64,000 nt of DNA. It comes from an uncultured Ruminococcus sp. GTDB lineage: Bacteria > Bacillota > Clostridia > Oscillospirales > Acutalibacteraceae. Below the pieces are notes generated by a model. It saw only the letters and a list, made by a program, of their open reading frames with translations, searched no databases and was not told the DNA's origin. Positions 1 through 10,226 of the stretch are shown one piece after another. The DNA lies in assembly GCA_964555975.1 (NCBI GenBank), contig CAZKUO010000001.1, forward strand, positions 36,825-100,824, written 5' to 3'. The first letter of the stretch is position 1. Every line of letters starts with the position of its first letter. The position numbers and the translations under genes were made by a program.

Positions 1-5
1 TACCC

Positions 6-425
6 TCATTCCTTATTTTCGGCCTCGGGGTTCGCTTCGGCTTTTTCTTCCGAGGCATTTTCCTCATACACCAGCTTTTCACCGCAGGCAGAGCAAAAAA
101 CGGCAAATTTATCCACCGCGGTGCCGCAGTGCGGACAAATGCGCTTGTTTTTAATCTCGTTAAGCTCACGGCGAAGTACATCTATTTTTTCGTTTTTCTC
201 ATCAATTGCTGCCTTAAGCTCGGCAATTTTTTCGTTTTCCGGTGTCAAATTGCCGATTTCCTCATAATAAAGTCTGCCGAGCGCCTCAAAATCCTTTGCA
301 CGCTTGGCTTCAAGCGATGAAATATCAAAGTGCTGCCTTTGCACCGTCACCGCCTCGTTTGTCTTTTTGCAGGCAACGTCAAGCGCCGCCTTTGCCTTTG
401 CAACAGCTCCGTCAAAAAAATCCAT
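6..425 (-). CDS. zinc-ribbon domain protein with N-terminal helical/coiled region
   Basis: 139-aa ORF. C-terminal CPHCG...CSACG double CxxC zinc-ribbon motif and charged helical N-terminus. Function unknown. Confidence 0.6.
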   Translation of the reverse strand: MDFFDGAVAKAKAALDVACKKTNEAVTVQRQHFDISSLEAKRAKDFEALGRLYYEEIGNLTPENEKIAELKAAIDEKNEKIDVLRRELNEIKNKRICPHCGTAVDKFAVFCSACGEKLVYEENASEEKAEANPEAENKE

Positions 426-457
426 AATAATTACCTCCGGTTAAAATTTTATCATAT

Positions 458-1936
458 TTACAGCCGGTTTTCAAGTGGGCCGTAAAATTTCATAATTCCG
501 TTTTTGCGCTCCTTTATTTCCGCAAATCTTCCGATATATTCATACGGATATTTGAAATTGAAAATACGCTCTATTTTATCGCCGTGCGGTTCACGCAGCT
601 TTGTAACCGCCGAAGCACCGCAGGCAAGCACGGTGTGTGTTTCGTCCATTGTGTAGACATTGTAAAGGCATTCGCGCCCCGCAAGTGCATAGCCCACGTT
701 TTCAAGATTTCCCACGGTTTTGCTTTGGCGGTACATATAATAGGGGTTAAAGCCCGCGGCGGTCAGTGCTTTTTCGGCATTCTCCACCATCTCGGCCGCG
801 GCAATGCCCACCTTGGCCTCGGGAAAAAGGCCGGAGGTGTTAAGTGTTGAAGCCCGCTTTATTGAAAGCGAATGCACGGTTACGCTTTCGGGATTCAAAT
901 CAAGCACGCGCGAAAGGGTATTACTAAAGCCGCCCGGTGTATCCCCCGGGAGCCCCGCTATAAGGTCGGTATTGATATTTTCAAGCCCGCATTTGCGTGC
1001 AAGCAGGTATGCCGCAACGGTATCCTCCGCGGTGTGGCGCCGGCCTATGCGCTCAAGCACGGCGTTATCCATGGTTTGCGGATTTATGCTTATTCTGTCG
1101 GCTCCCATCCGCCTTATAACCTCAAGCTTTTCGCGGGTTACGGTATCGGGTCGGCCTGCCTCTACGGTGTATTCCCTGATTTCGGAAAGCTTAAAGCCGG
1201 CTTTTACCGCCGCCATAACCGCTTCAAGCTGCTCTGCGGTTAAGGCTGTTGGTGTGCCGCCGCCGATGTAAACCGTTTCGAGCTTAAGACCGAGCTCATT
1301 TGCAATTCGTCCGTTTAAAGCGATTTCTTCGGTTAAAAGCTTTATGTACTGCGGTATAAGCTTGCCCGCCTGTGCCACGGAATGTGAAACAAAGGAGCAA
1401 TAGGAGCACCGTGTGGGACAAAAGGGAATTGAAATATAAAGGCTGAAGGAGTGCGGTGACGAAAGCTCGGTTATGCGCCTTTCGGCCTCTACCGTTCGGC
1501 GGCAAAGGCTTATTTTGGAGTCACTCACAAAAAGCGAGGCTTTAAAATATTCCTCGGTGGCGGCACTGCCCTCGGCCTCGGCAAGCCGCGCAAAAAGCTT
1601 TGCGGGGCGCACGCCCGTTAATATGCCCCAAGGCGGGGTGTAGCCCGAGGCCGAGGTAAAGCAATTGTAAAGCGCCGCAGCAAGCAGTCGCTCACACTCA
1701 TCCTCATAGTGCGGAGCATTATTTGCAAGAGTATATTCGCTTTTAAAGCTTTTTTCCCGGGTAATAAGCTCTGCCGAAAGGCGTGTTATGCCGCCCTCGG
1801 CTTTAAGGGTGGTAACCGCCGTACCGACGGCAGATGCGGGGACCTCTGAAATTGTGATTTTTTCAAAGGGCATAAAAATTCTGATAAGCTTTTCAAGCTC
1901 ATAGCCGAACGAGTGCCCTACAAGACAAAGCAGCAT
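458..1936 (-). CDS. hemZ: radical-SAM coproporphyrinogen dehydrogenase-like protein (HemN/HemZ family)
   Basis: 492 aa. CPTRCSYCSF is a CxxxCxxC radical-SAM motif, and GGGTP is present. The long N-terminal extension is typical of HemZ-type proteins. Confidence 0.75.
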   Translation of the reverse strand: MLLCLVGHSFGYELEKLIRIFMPFEKITISEVPASAVGTAVTTLKAEGGITRLSAELITREKSFKSEYTLANNAPHYEDECERLLAAALYNCFTSASGYTPPWGILTGVRPAKLFARLAEAEGSAATEEYFKASLFVSDSKISLCRRTVEAERRITELSSPHSFSLYISIPFCPTRCSYCSFVSHSVAQAGKLIPQYIKLLTEEIALNGRIANELGLKLETVYIGGGTPTALTAEQLEAVMAAVKAGFKLSEIREYTVEAGRPDTVTREKLEVIRRMGADRISINPQTMDNAVLERIGRRHTAEDTVAAYLLARKCGLENINTDLIAGLPGDTPGGFSNTLSRVLDLNPESVTVHSLSIKRASTLNTSGLFPEAKVGIAAAEMVENAEKALTAAGFNPYYMYRQSKTVGNLENVGYALAGRECLYNVYTMDETHTVLACGASAVTKLREPHGDKIERIFNFKYPYEYIGRFAEIKERKNGIMKFYGPLENRL

Positions 1937-1967
1937 AAAATTAACCGTATCCTTTTTTTAAAATAAT

Positions 1968-2579
1968 TTACCACACAAGCCTTTCGGCATCCCTCTCGGC
2001 GGCTATAACGGTGCAGTCCCCGTGCCCGGGGAAAACCTGTGTTTCGGGCGGCAGGAGGGTCAGCCGCCGCAAGGATTTTTTAAGTGCCCTTGCATTGCCG
2101 CCCGGCAGGTCAACACGGCCGACAGCCCCTGCAAACAGGGTATCGCCCGAGAAAAGCTTATCTGCCGAAAGGTAGGCAACGCCGCCTGCGGTGTGGCCGG
2201 GGGTGAATATCACCTTAAATGGAATATCCCCCACATTAAAGCTCTCACCGTCTTTAAAAAGCAGGTCGGCGGCAAAGGGCTCCACATGGGCGTGAAATTT
2301 GTTTGAAAGATTAAGCTCGGGGTCTGCAAGCACGGGCGCATCATCTTCACCTATTCCTATTTCAACACCTGTTTCACGCCTGAGATATTCTGCCCCGCCG
2401 ATATGGTCGAAATGCGCGTGGGTAATGAGTATCATACGGGCTTTACCTTCGGCCGCCTTTAAAAATTCGGCTGCCACTTCCGACCTAAAGCCCGGGTCGA
2501 TAACCACTGCCGCATTTTCGGTTGAGACAAGCCAGCAATTTGTTTTTATATGCCCCAAATGCAATACCTTAATTTCCAT
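1968..2579 (-). CDS. MBL-fold metallo-hydrolase (glyoxalase II-like)
   Basis: 203 aa with the THAHFDHIGG metallo-beta-lactamase motif and downstream TPGHT and GHG motifs. Confidence 0.85.
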   Translation of the reverse strand: MEIKVLHLGHIKTNCWLVSTENAAVVIDPGFRSEVAAEFLKAAEGKARMILITHAHFDHIGGAEYLRRETGVEIGIGEDDAPVLADPELNLSNKFHAHVEPFAADLLFKDGESFNVGDIPFKVIFTPGHTAGGVAYLSADKLFSGDTLFAGAVGRVDLPGGNARALKKSLRRLTLLPPETQVFPGHGDCTVIAAERDAERLVW

Positions 2580-3033
2580 TTTTCCTCCATATTGCGGTAT
2601 CGTAAAGTATGGTTACGGGACCGTCGTTTGTTAAAGTAAGCTTCATATCCGCACCGAAAATTCCCGTTTCAACCCGCGAAATTCCGTTTTTGCGAAGCTC
2701 CTCGCAGTAAAGCAAATAAAGCTCATTGGCAGCCTTCGGCTCCAACGCCCCTGTAAATGACGGGCGGTTGCCCTTTTTAACATCCGCACACAGGGTAAAC
2801 TGCGAAACAACAAGAGCTTCACCGCCTATATCCCTGAGTGAAAGGTTCATTTTTCCGCTTTCATCCGAAAAAATGCGCAGGGCGGCGGTTTTTTCCGCAA
2901 GCAGGCGGGCCTCCGCCGCAGTATCGCCGTTTTCCGCCCCGAAAAGCACCGCAAAGCCTTTACCGCAGCTTCCCACGACGGCACCGTCCACCGATACCGA
3001 GGCACTGCTTACACGCTGAATAACCGCTTTCAT
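2569..3033 (-). CDS. dtd: D-aminoacyl-tRNA deacylase
   Basis: 154 aa. N-terminal MKAVIQRV, SQFTL and a GNRPSF-type motif are characteristic of Dtd. Its classic position directly downstream of relA also fits. Confidence 0.9.
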   Translation of the reverse strand: MKAVIQRVSSASVSVDGAVVGSCGKGFAVLFGAENGDTAAEARLLAEKTAALRIFSDESGKMNLSLRDIGGEALVVSQFTLCADVKKGNRPSFTGALEPKAANELYLLYCEELRKNGISRVETGIFGADMKLTLTNDGPVTILYDTAIWRKNGN

Positions 3034-5222
3034 TATTGATTTATCCTTTCCACGCTGAAAATGCCGTTAAGCTTTTCAAGGCGAGATGTAATACTTTTTA
3101 AATGCTCAACGCTTTCCGCCGAAACCGACATTATAACTATGCAGTTTCCGCTTCTTGTTTGCCTTGCGCTTACGCTGTGAACCGGCACACGCATATTCTG
3201 TACCGCATTCATAACATCCACAAGCAGACCCTCACGGTCAATTGCGGAAAGCCGCAGGGTTGAAATAAAGGCTTCGTTTCGGGTGCCGTCCCAATGGGCG
3301 GGAATCCAGCGCTCGGGCTCGGGCGAATCGGCGATATTCACGGGCACGTTGTTGCAATCCCGCTTGTGCACCGAAACACCGTGACCGCGCGTTATAAAGC
3401 CGATTATGTCATCCCCCGGCAGGGGAGTGCAGCATTTTGAAAGCTTTATAAGGCAATTGTCTATTCCGTCAACCACAACGCCCTCGGGGGATTTTCTGCT
3501 TCGCCGCTCGGGCACGGTAACGGGCTCAGGCGTCCTTGCGGCCGCACGCTTGCCGTAGTCCTCCTTAATTCGGGGCATTATTTTGGAAAGCGCTATTCCG
3601 CCGTAGCCTATTGCGGCGTAAAATTCATCCGCACCCGAAAATTTAAAGCGCTTTGCAGTTTCCTCAATCAGCTCGTTGTACTCGGCATCACCGAGCTCAA
3701 TACCGCTGCGCCTGAATTCGCGTTCAATATCCAGCTTGCCCGCGGCAATATTTTCGGTTCGTTTTTCCTTTTTAAACCAGGAGCGTATTTTGGATTTAGC
3801 CTGTGAGGTCACGGCTATATTCAGCCAACCTCTGCTCGGTCCGTGCCCCGGCTGATTGGTTGTGAGAATTTCTATAACCTCACCGGTTTTAATTTCGTGG
3901 TTAATCGGCACTATTTTCCCGTCAACCTTGGCACCCACCATTTTAATTCCCACGGCCGAATGTATTGCGAAGGCAAAGTCCACTATTGTGGAGCCTACGG
4001 GAAGATTTATAACGTCCCCGAGCGGTGTTACGGCAAAAACATCCTCCTGTGACAGGTCAACCTTTATGCTTCTTATAAGGTTGGAATCGTCACTTGTGGC
4101 ATCCTGTGAATCGAGTATCTGCCTTATCCACTCAAGCCGCTTTTCCATTTTTTCGTTGTTTTCGGTAATGCCCTCCTTGTATTTCCAGTGGGCGGCTATA
4201 CCGAATTCGGCGGTGTGGTGCATTTCAAAGGTGCGTATTTGAATTTCAAAGGGTATTCCCGCTCTGCTTAAAACGGTGGTATGAAGCGATTGGTACATAT
4301 TCGGCTTCGGGGTGGAAATATAGTCCTTAAACCTGTTGGGTATCGGGCGAAACATATCATGCATAAGACCCAATATATTATAGCAGTCCGCCACGGTGTC
4401 GGTTATAATTCTTATGGCATAAATATCGTATATCTCATCAAAATCCTTGCCTTGAATATACATTTTTCGGTAAATGCCGTAAATTGATTTAACCCTGCCC
4501 TGAAATGCCGTTTGTACCTCTGGCATTTCCTCCTTTAATCTGTCCTCAATCCGCCTCTTAATTTCGTTTAAAATCTGCTCTCGGTGCTGCTTTCTGTGGG
4601 TTAAAAGCTCCTCTATTTCGTTATAGGCAACAGGGTCGAGGTGCATAAGCGATAAATCCTCAAGCTCCTCTTTGACCGAGCGTATACCGAGCCTGTGCGC
4701 AATCGGTGCATAAATTTCAAGTGTTTCAACCGAAATGTCCCTCTGCTTTTGCGCGGTCATGGCATCTATTGTGCGCATATTGTGAAGACGGTCGGCAAGC
4801 TTTATTATAATAACCCGTATATCCCTGCCCATTGCAATGAGCATTTTTCTCAGGCTTTCCGCCTGCTGCTGCTCCTTGGTGGAAAAATTCAGTCGGGCAA
4901 TTTTGGTAACACCGTCCACAAGCAGGGAAACTTCCTCACCGAATTCTCTGCGTATATCCTCAATCTCGGCATCGGTGTCCTCAACCACATCATGCAAAAG
5001 AGCCGCCGCAACCGAGGCGGTATCCATTCCGAGGGAGACTATTATAAGCGCAACGTTAAAGGGGTGAATGTAATAATCCTCTCCCGTGTGGCGCTTTTGC
5101 CCCTCATGCTTTAAAACACAGTATTCAAAGGCCTTTTGGACAACGGCGTAATCGTAATTGCCGCCGAAATCCCGCATTTGGGCGTAAAGCCGTTCGCAAT
5201 CGCGTTTTTGTGCTTCGGTCAT
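3033..5222 (-). CDS. relA: bifunctional (p)ppGpp synthetase/hydrolase RelA/SpoT
   Basis: 729 aa. HD hydrolase motif (LLHDVVEDT), RelA/SpoT synthetase region, TGS and a C-terminal ACT-like domain. ATGA overlap with the recJ stop. Confidence 0.95.
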   Translation of the reverse strand: MTEAQKRDCERLYAQMRDFGGNYDYAVVQKAFEYCVLKHEGQKRHTGEDYYIHPFNVALIIVSLGMDTASVAAALLHDVVEDTDAEIEDIRREFGEEVSLLVDGVTKIARLNFSTKEQQQAESLRKMLIAMGRDIRVIIIKLADRLHNMRTIDAMTAQKQRDISVETLEIYAPIAHRLGIRSVKEELEDLSLMHLDPVAYNEIEELLTHRKQHREQILNEIKRRIEDRLKEEMPEVQTAFQGRVKSIYGIYRKMYIQGKDFDEIYDIYAIRIITDTVADCYNILGLMHDMFRPIPNRFKDYISTPKPNMYQSLHTTVLSRAGIPFEIQIRTFEMHHTAEFGIAAHWKYKEGITENNEKMEKRLEWIRQILDSQDATSDDSNLIRSIKVDLSQEDVFAVTPLGDVINLPVGSTIVDFAFAIHSAVGIKMVGAKVDGKIVPINHEIKTGEVIEILTTNQPGHGPSRGWLNIAVTSQAKSKIRSWFKKEKRTENIAAGKLDIEREFRRSGIELGDAEYNELIEETAKRFKFSGADEFYAAIGYGGIALSKIMPRIKEDYGKRAAARTPEPVTVPERRSRKSPEGVVVDGIDNCLIKLSKCCTPLPGDDIIGFITRGHGVSVHKRDCNNVPVNIADSPEPERWIPAHWDGTRNEAFISTLRLSAIDREGLLVDVMNAVQNMRVPVHSVSARQTRSGNCIVIMSVSAESVEHLKSITSRLEKLNGIFSVERINQ

Positions 5223-7240
5223 TTCACGGCACCTCCTTCGCTTAAAAGTCTGTATGTAGGCGAATTTTTAAGCTCGTTTCTTCGTCCGGTTTCGCGGTAG
5301 ATACCGTTCTTATCCGCCGTTATCAGGCCAAGCTCCGATAAAACGGTAACCGAAATCGCCGCCTTTGCATAGCCTATGCCCGAAAGCATTAAATATTTAA
5401 TTCTTTCGGCACTCATTTGCTCTGCGGCAACGGCTCTGTAAACCTCGCCCACCTCACTCCTTTCGGGTAAAAGCCTTGCGGCATTAAAGTCGTTTCCCGC
5501 CAAAAAGCTTTCGTAAGCATCAAGCTCGGCAAAAAGCCTGTCATCATCGGTTCCGCTCATTCTGAGAGCCTTAATTTGAACGGTCAATCTGTTTTCTCCC
5601 GCATACACGCTTGCCTCAAGTGTTACGGCCGCATCAAGCACATCCCCGATTTTAAAACAGAGTGCGGCCGGTGTAACCCCGAAAAGCACCGCCTGAAAGG
5701 AGCATTCGCCCTTTGTGAATATAAGGCGCAAATGCTTTCCGCGGCCTATGGGGGTAATGCCTGTAAGCGTCACGCCGAAAAGCCCGAAAATCGGCACGGG
5801 ATTTCCCTTGCCATAGGGTTCGAGCAGCTTTAACGACTCTGCCAAATCAAGCGAAAGGGCAGACGGCTTAAGGCGGCAATCAAGCCGTAAAACAGGTGCA
5901 ACCCTCGGCAAATGATTGGCATATTCGTTGATTTTTTTTCTGAAATCGGCTATACATCCGGTTTTTAAGGTTATGCCCGCGGCAAGTGTGTGCCCGCCGA
6001 AGCGGATTAGGGTGTCGGCAGCGGCGCTCAATGCTTCAAAAATCGAAAAGCCCTCAATGCTTCTTGCAGAGCCGCAGGCGGTCCCTCCGTCCTCGGATAT
6101 TACAACCGAGGGGCGGCCGTAGCGCTCTGTCAGCCTTGAAGCGACTATGCCCAAAACACCGCGGTGCCAATTTTTGCCGCTTACAACTATAATGCGGTTA
6201 TATATGCTTTTATCCGCCTCGGCGGTTCTTATTGCTTCTTCAAAAATTCTTTTTTCGGTGTCCTTGCGTTCGTTGTTAAGCCTGTCGGCGTCCTCTGCAA
6301 GGGCGGCGGCCTCGGTGACATCTTCGGTTATAAGCAGCCGCAGTGCGGTTTCGGCCTTGCCGAGTCTTCCCGCCGCATTAATGCGGGGAGCCAAGCCAAA
6401 GGCTATTCGCTCGGCAGAAAGGCTTTCGGCATTAATTCCCGCCACCCGCATTAAGGCCTCAAGCCCGGGTGCGGGATTACTTTTAAGCTTCTTAACCCCC
6501 GCCTTTAAAATTCCCCTGTTTTCAAGCACAAGCGGCATAACATCGGCAGTTACGGCAAGGCTTAAAATATCGGCATATTCCGGCAAAAGCTCCTCGGGCT
6601 CGCACCCCTCGGCGGCACAAATAAGCGAAAACGCAACCTCGGCACCGCAAATTTCCTTAAAGCCCGAGCGGCAGTCGCGCCTGTGCGGGTCAACAACGGC
6701 CGCGGCATTCGGCAGCACATCACCCGGCAGGTGGTGATCGGTTACTATCACCGTCATACCAAGCTTTTCTGCAAGCGCAACCTCCTCGGTGGCCGCTATT
6801 CCGTTATCCACCGTGACAATAAGCTTCACACCGTCGGCGGCAAGCTTTTCCACGGCGGCCTTATTCATACCGTAGCCCTCATCCAAGCGGTCGGGGATAT
6901 AGTAAACACAGTCGGCCCCTCTGCCGCAAAGGTAGCGGTACATTACGGCGGTTGCCGAAAGACCGTCGCAATCGTAATCACCGAAAACGGCGGTTTTGCT
7001 TTTTTCTTCAATTGCTTTATTTAAAATTGCGGCCGCCTTTTCCATATCGGCAAGCTCGGCCGGATCGGAAAGGCAAAGCTCATCGGATAAAAATTCCTCA
7101 AGCAAGGCAGGGTCGGTATAGCCGCGGGATGAAGCTATGAGAGCAACTATCGGGTCAACCTCACATTCTGCGGCAAGCTCCTTTGCAAGCGTTCTGTCTA
7201 TTTCCGAGGTCACCCATTTTTTCATACCCATTTCGGTCAC
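5219..7240 (-). CDS. recJ: single-stranded-DNA-specific exonuclease RecJ
   Basis: 673 aa. DHH motifs (GDYDCDG, VTVDNG, TDHHLP) and DHHA1 motif FGGHTLAAG. The true start may be the ATG at 7231 or 7225 rather than the GTG at 7240. Confidence 0.9.
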   Translation of the reverse strand: MTEMGMKKWVTSEIDRTLAKELAAECEVDPIVALIASSRGYTDPALLEEFLSDELCLSDPAELADMEKAAAILNKAIEEKSKTAVFGDYDCDGLSATAVMYRYLCGRGADCVYYIPDRLDEGYGMNKAAVEKLAADGVKLIVTVDNGIAATEEVALAEKLGMTVIVTDHHLPGDVLPNAAAVVDPHRRDCRSGFKEICGAEVAFSLICAAEGCEPEELLPEYADILSLAVTADVMPLVLENRGILKAGVKKLKSNPAPGLEALMRVAGINAESLSAERIAFGLAPRINAAGRLGKAETALRLLITEDVTEAAALAEDADRLNNERKDTEKRIFEEAIRTAEADKSIYNRIIVVSGKNWHRGVLGIVASRLTERYGRPSVVISEDGGTACGSARSIEGFSIFEALSAAADTLIRFGGHTLAAGITLKTGCIADFRKKINEYANHLPRVAPVLRLDCRLKPSALSLDLAESLKLLEPYGKGNPVPIFGLFGVTLTGITPIGRGKHLRLIFTKGECSFQAVLFGVTPAALCFKIGDVLDAAVTLEASVYAGENRLTVQIKALRMSGTDDDRLFAELDAYESFLAGNDFNAARLLPERSEVGEVYRAVAAEQMSAERIKYLMLSGIGYAKAAISVTVLSELGLITADKNGIYRETGRRNELKNSPTYRLLSEGGAVK

Positions 7241-7301
7241 CGCCCCTCCGTGTAAATTCGTTATATATAGTTATACCACACATTTTAAAATCATACAAGT
7301 T

Positions 7302-7345
7302 AAAAAATGCGACCGCCTCACCGAAAAAAGTGAGACAGCCGCATT
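7302..7345 (-). terminator. rho-independent terminator after the oxidoreductase/isomerase operon
   Basis: On the minus strand, an imperfect hairpin AATGCGGCTGTCTCAC-loop-GTGAGGCGGTCGCATT is followed by TTTTT. Confidence 0.5.
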
Positions 7346-7357
7346 GATTTGTTAAAT

Positions 7358-8308
7358 TTAAATTTCGTTAAGAATATCAAGCACCGTTTCAAGCTCCTGC
7401 GGGCGAACCACATCGGGCTCGGTGTTGTTTTTTACACAATCGGTAAAATAGTTGATTTCATTGGCATAAGCATCGCTTTTCGGGATGCCTTCAATGCCGC
7501 TGTCATCTCCGCCGCCTGCCGTAAGCGGGGAGAGCACACTGCCGTCCTCCAAATAAATTTTAAGCTCACCGCCTGCCGCTTCAACAACCGCGTGCTCAAA
7601 CTGGAAGCGGAAGCCCGACCTAAAGGGATATGCCGCGGCATACCACGAAGCCTCGGTTGAAATAAAGAAATCCCCAAATTCGTAAACGGCGGAAAAATAA
7701 TCCTGCGTGGGTGTGGTGGATTTGAAAACGGTGTGATTTACGGGAGCGCCGAAGGCGTACACCATAAAATCCAAATCGTGTATATGCAAATCAAACGGAA
7801 CAAGACCGCTGCGCTCACGGTCGGTCATCCAATTATCCCAGCTCCATTTCGGCCGTGTGCCGAGCCTTGTCATACTGCCGGAAAGCAGCTTGCCGTAGGT
7901 TTGTTCATCAAACAGCTTTTTAACAAACACATACTCGGGCCAGAAGCGCAATACCTGTGCCACCATAAATTTAACATTGTTTTTTGCGGCTGTGCCGTAA
8001 ACCCTTTCAACATCGGCCCGTTTAAGGGAAATCGGCTTTTCGCAGATTACGTTGATACCCTTTTCCATGGCCTTAACGGCGAAATCCGCGTGCAAATAGG
8101 TGGGAAGACAAATATCCAAAATGTCAATTTCCTCTTTTGCCAGCATTTCGTCAAAATCGGTGTAGCAACGCTTACTGTCACTAAACCTGGCCATTTGCTC
8201 GGGGCGAACATCGCACAGTGCAACAAGCTGTGCATCCTCCCTTGCTTCCCAAGCGGGAATGTGTACACCGCTTATACCGCCCACACCTACAAGTGCAACC
8301 TTAAACAT
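7358..8308 (-). CDS. Gfo/Idh/MocA family oxidoreductase
   Basis: N-terminal Rossmann KVALVGVGGISG and the ICEKP motif. ATG at 8308 sits 8 nt after GGAGG and just after the upstream gene's stop, so it is preferred over the track start at 8344. Confidence 0.8.
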   Translation of the reverse strand: MFKVALVGVGGISGVHIPAWEAREDAQLVALCDVRPEQMARFSDSKRCYTDFDEMLAKEEIDILDICLPTYLHADFAVKAMEKGINVICEKPISLKRADVERVYGTAAKNNVKFMVAQVLRFWPEYVFVKKLFDEQTYGKLLSGSMTRLGTRPKWSWDNWMTDRERSGLVPFDLHIHDLDFMVYAFGAPVNHTVFKSTTPTQDYFSAVYEFGDFFISTEASWYAAAYPFRSGFRFQFEHAVVEAAGGELKIYLEDGSVLSPLTAGGGDDSGIEGIPKSDAYANEINYFTDCVKNNTEPDVVRPQELETVLDILNEI

Positions 8309-8312
8309 AGCT

Positions 8313-9149
8313 TTAACCTCCGTAAACCTCGGCAATAATATCACCGAGATATTTTTTTGCGTGCTTAATATCGTCGAGCTGCTTTTCGCCCTCTATTTCG
8401 CGCTCAATGGTAACATAAGAATCGTAGCCGAGCTCATGCAGCTTTTCAAACAGTGCTTTAAAATTAACCTTGCCGTCACCTATTCTTACCTCCTGCCCGA
8501 GGTCGTGACCGTTTGTGGGATAAAGTCCGTCCTTTGCGTGAATGTTACGTACATATTTGCCGAAAACATCAAGCGCATCAACAGGATTTGCCCTGCCGTA
8601 AAGAATTACGTTGGCCGTATCGAGATTAACGCCCAAATTATCGGTTCCGACCTTTTCAAAGCAACGCAACATTGTAACGGGTGTTTCCTGACCTGTTTCA
8701 AAAAGCAGGTATTGACCGTTTGCCTTGAGGTGGTTGGCTACACTCCGCACCGCAACGCAGAAGGGGGCAAACTGCGGGTCGTTGGGGTTTTCGGGAATAA
8801 AGCCCATATGGGTTACCACATCGGTAATACCGATTTTTTTGGCGAAATCGGCGCCGTCGCAGAGATTCTTAATACGTGCCGTGCGGTATTCGGGCGGCAC
8901 AAGGCCGAGGGTGATTTGCCCATCGTAAAAATCCCAAACCGTGGGGCCCTCCCAGCCGCACCAAAAGGCCGAAACGGTGATTCCCTTGTCCTCTGTAAGC
9001 TTTTTGATGATTTGGGCATTTTCGTCTGTCCAAAGCTCAGGCTTCCAAGCCACAAGCTGGCAGCTGTCAAAGCCGTTTTCAAGGAGCTGATCGAATTTTC
9101 CGGCAAGCTCCTCAATATTGTTCAAGTGTACACAGGTTCCTATTTTCAT
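8313..9149 (-). CDS. sugar phosphate isomerase/epimerase (xylose-isomerase-like TIM barrel)
   Basis: 278 aa. Overall pattern of AP-endonuclease-2/xylose-isomerase-like TIM barrel proteins. Co-oriented with the Gfo/Idh/MocA gene and divergent from an AraC regulator. Confidence 0.6.
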   Translation of the reverse strand: MKIGTCVHLNNIEELAGKFDQLLENGFDSCQLVAWKPELWTDENAQIIKKLTEDKGITVSAFWCGWEGPTVWDFYDGQITLGLVPPEYRTARIKNLCDGADFAKKIGITDVVTHMGFIPENPNDPQFAPFCVAVRSVANHLKANGQYLLFETGQETPVTMLRCFEKVGTDNLGVNLDTANVILYGRANPVDALDVFGKYVRNIHAKDGLYPTNGHDLGQEVRIGDGKVNFKALFEKLHELGYDSYVTIEREIEGEKQLDDIKHAKKYLGDIIAEVYGG

Positions 9150-9258
9150 ATAGCTTCACCTCTGAAAAATATTGATTTTTTACTATACCTATGGTAACAT
9201 ATAAAAAGCGGCATATGTTAGGATTATTTTGTTTATTGCCTGTATTATTTTGACATAG

Positions 9259-10110
9259 GTGGTTTTGCAATTGAAGCTTAATTCCCAAAAGGAGCTAACC
9301 CCGATTGTGTACGGCGAAAGCGCGGTTAAAATCCTGCCTACCGAGTGCACTTCCGCGGGCGCGCACTGCTTCGGAACACATTGGCATGAGCGTATGGAGC
9401 TGCTTGTTGTTGAGAGCGGAAGCATAAATTTAACCCTGGGTGACAGGCATGAGTGTGCTACTCCCGGCACGGTGGCGGTTTTTATGCCGGGTCAGCCGCA
9501 CGGCGGCTTTGCGGGGGAGGGCGGCGTTAAATATTATGCCGTTATGTTTGATATACGCAAATTCATAAATTCAACCGATGCTTCGGAAAAATATTTAAAT
9601 CCGCTTGCCGAGCAGCGGGTACCGTTTTCGGGTGTTGTTTGCTCAAAGGAGATTTTTTCGGCGGCACTGGAGCTTTGCAGGGAGCAGCTCTCCGGCAAAA
9701 AAGCTTCATCCCTTGTTATTATGGGAGGAATTTACAGGATACTCGGGCTGCTTTACAGGGATTTTGTTGAGCTGTGTGAGCAGCCCACCGCGGCCGACAG
9801 CCGCTTTAAGGATATAACCGAATTTATCGACCGCCATTGCTGTGAGGAAATTTCCTCGGCAACGCTAAGTCGCCGCTTTGGGTATGACGAGGCGTATTTC
9901 TGCCGCCGCTTTAAGGCGGTAACGGGCTTAAAGCCCATGGAGTACATACAAATATTGCGGCTTGAGCGCGCCAAAGAAATTCTTGAGGCAGATGCGACGA
10001 TTAAAATTTCTGAGCTATCTTCACTCTGCGGCTTTTCGGAACCCGGATATTTTGCACGCTGTTTTAAAAAGCATTACGGAACAACCCCCTCGGCTTATGC
10101 CGCAAGGTGA
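9259..10110 (+). CDS. AraC family transcriptional regulator (cupin + HTH)
   Basis: Cupin-like N-terminal half and a C-terminal double helix-turn-helix (SSLCGFSEPGYFARCFKKHYGTTPSAY). The start is ambiguous: GTG at 9259 or in-frame GTG at 9307 behind AAGGAG. Confidence 0.85.
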   Translation: MVLQLKLNSQKELTPIVYGESAVKILPTECTSAGAHCFGTHWHERMELLVVESGSINLTLGDRHECATPGTVAVFMPGQPHGGFAGEGGVKYYAVMFDIRKFINSTDASEKYLNPLAEQRVPFSGVVCSKEIFSAALELCREQLSGKKASSLVIMGGIYRILGLLYRDFVELCEQPTAADSRFKDITEFIDRHCCEEISSATLSRRFGYDEAYFCRRFKAVTGLKPMEYIQILRLERAKEILEADATIKISELSSLCGFSEPGYFARCFKKHYGTTPSAYAAR

Positions 10111-10174
10111 TTGCGTAGCTGATGTCAGCAAACCGATTGTGCGCAATAAGCGACAAATTTTTCGGTGTTCGGGC

Positions 10175-10203
10175 TTGATAAAGCCCTTAAAAAATGTTAC
10201 ACT
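10175..10203 (+). promoter_or_regulatory. sigma-70-type promoter for the SbcD/SbcC-like operon
   Basis: TTGATA (10175-10180), 17-nt spacer, TACACT (10198-10203), about 24 nt upstream of the GTG start. Confidence 0.5.
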
Positions 10204-10226
10204 GTTACAACAGGAGGCGTATTTGT

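Noticed and set aside
6147-6737. Long ORFs antisense to or out of frame with well-supported genes. Examples: 6147-6737 (+), 11601-12113 (-), 33385-33957 (-), 36298-36891 (-), 44364-45020 (-), 46947-47498 (-), 48145-48699 (+), 57489-58001 (-).
   Set aside because: Each lies entirely within a gene that has clear family motifs on the other strand or frame. Their translations are low-complexity (Ala/Ser/Arg/Pro-rich) and lack an RBS. These are typical shadow ORFs of GC-rich coding DNA.
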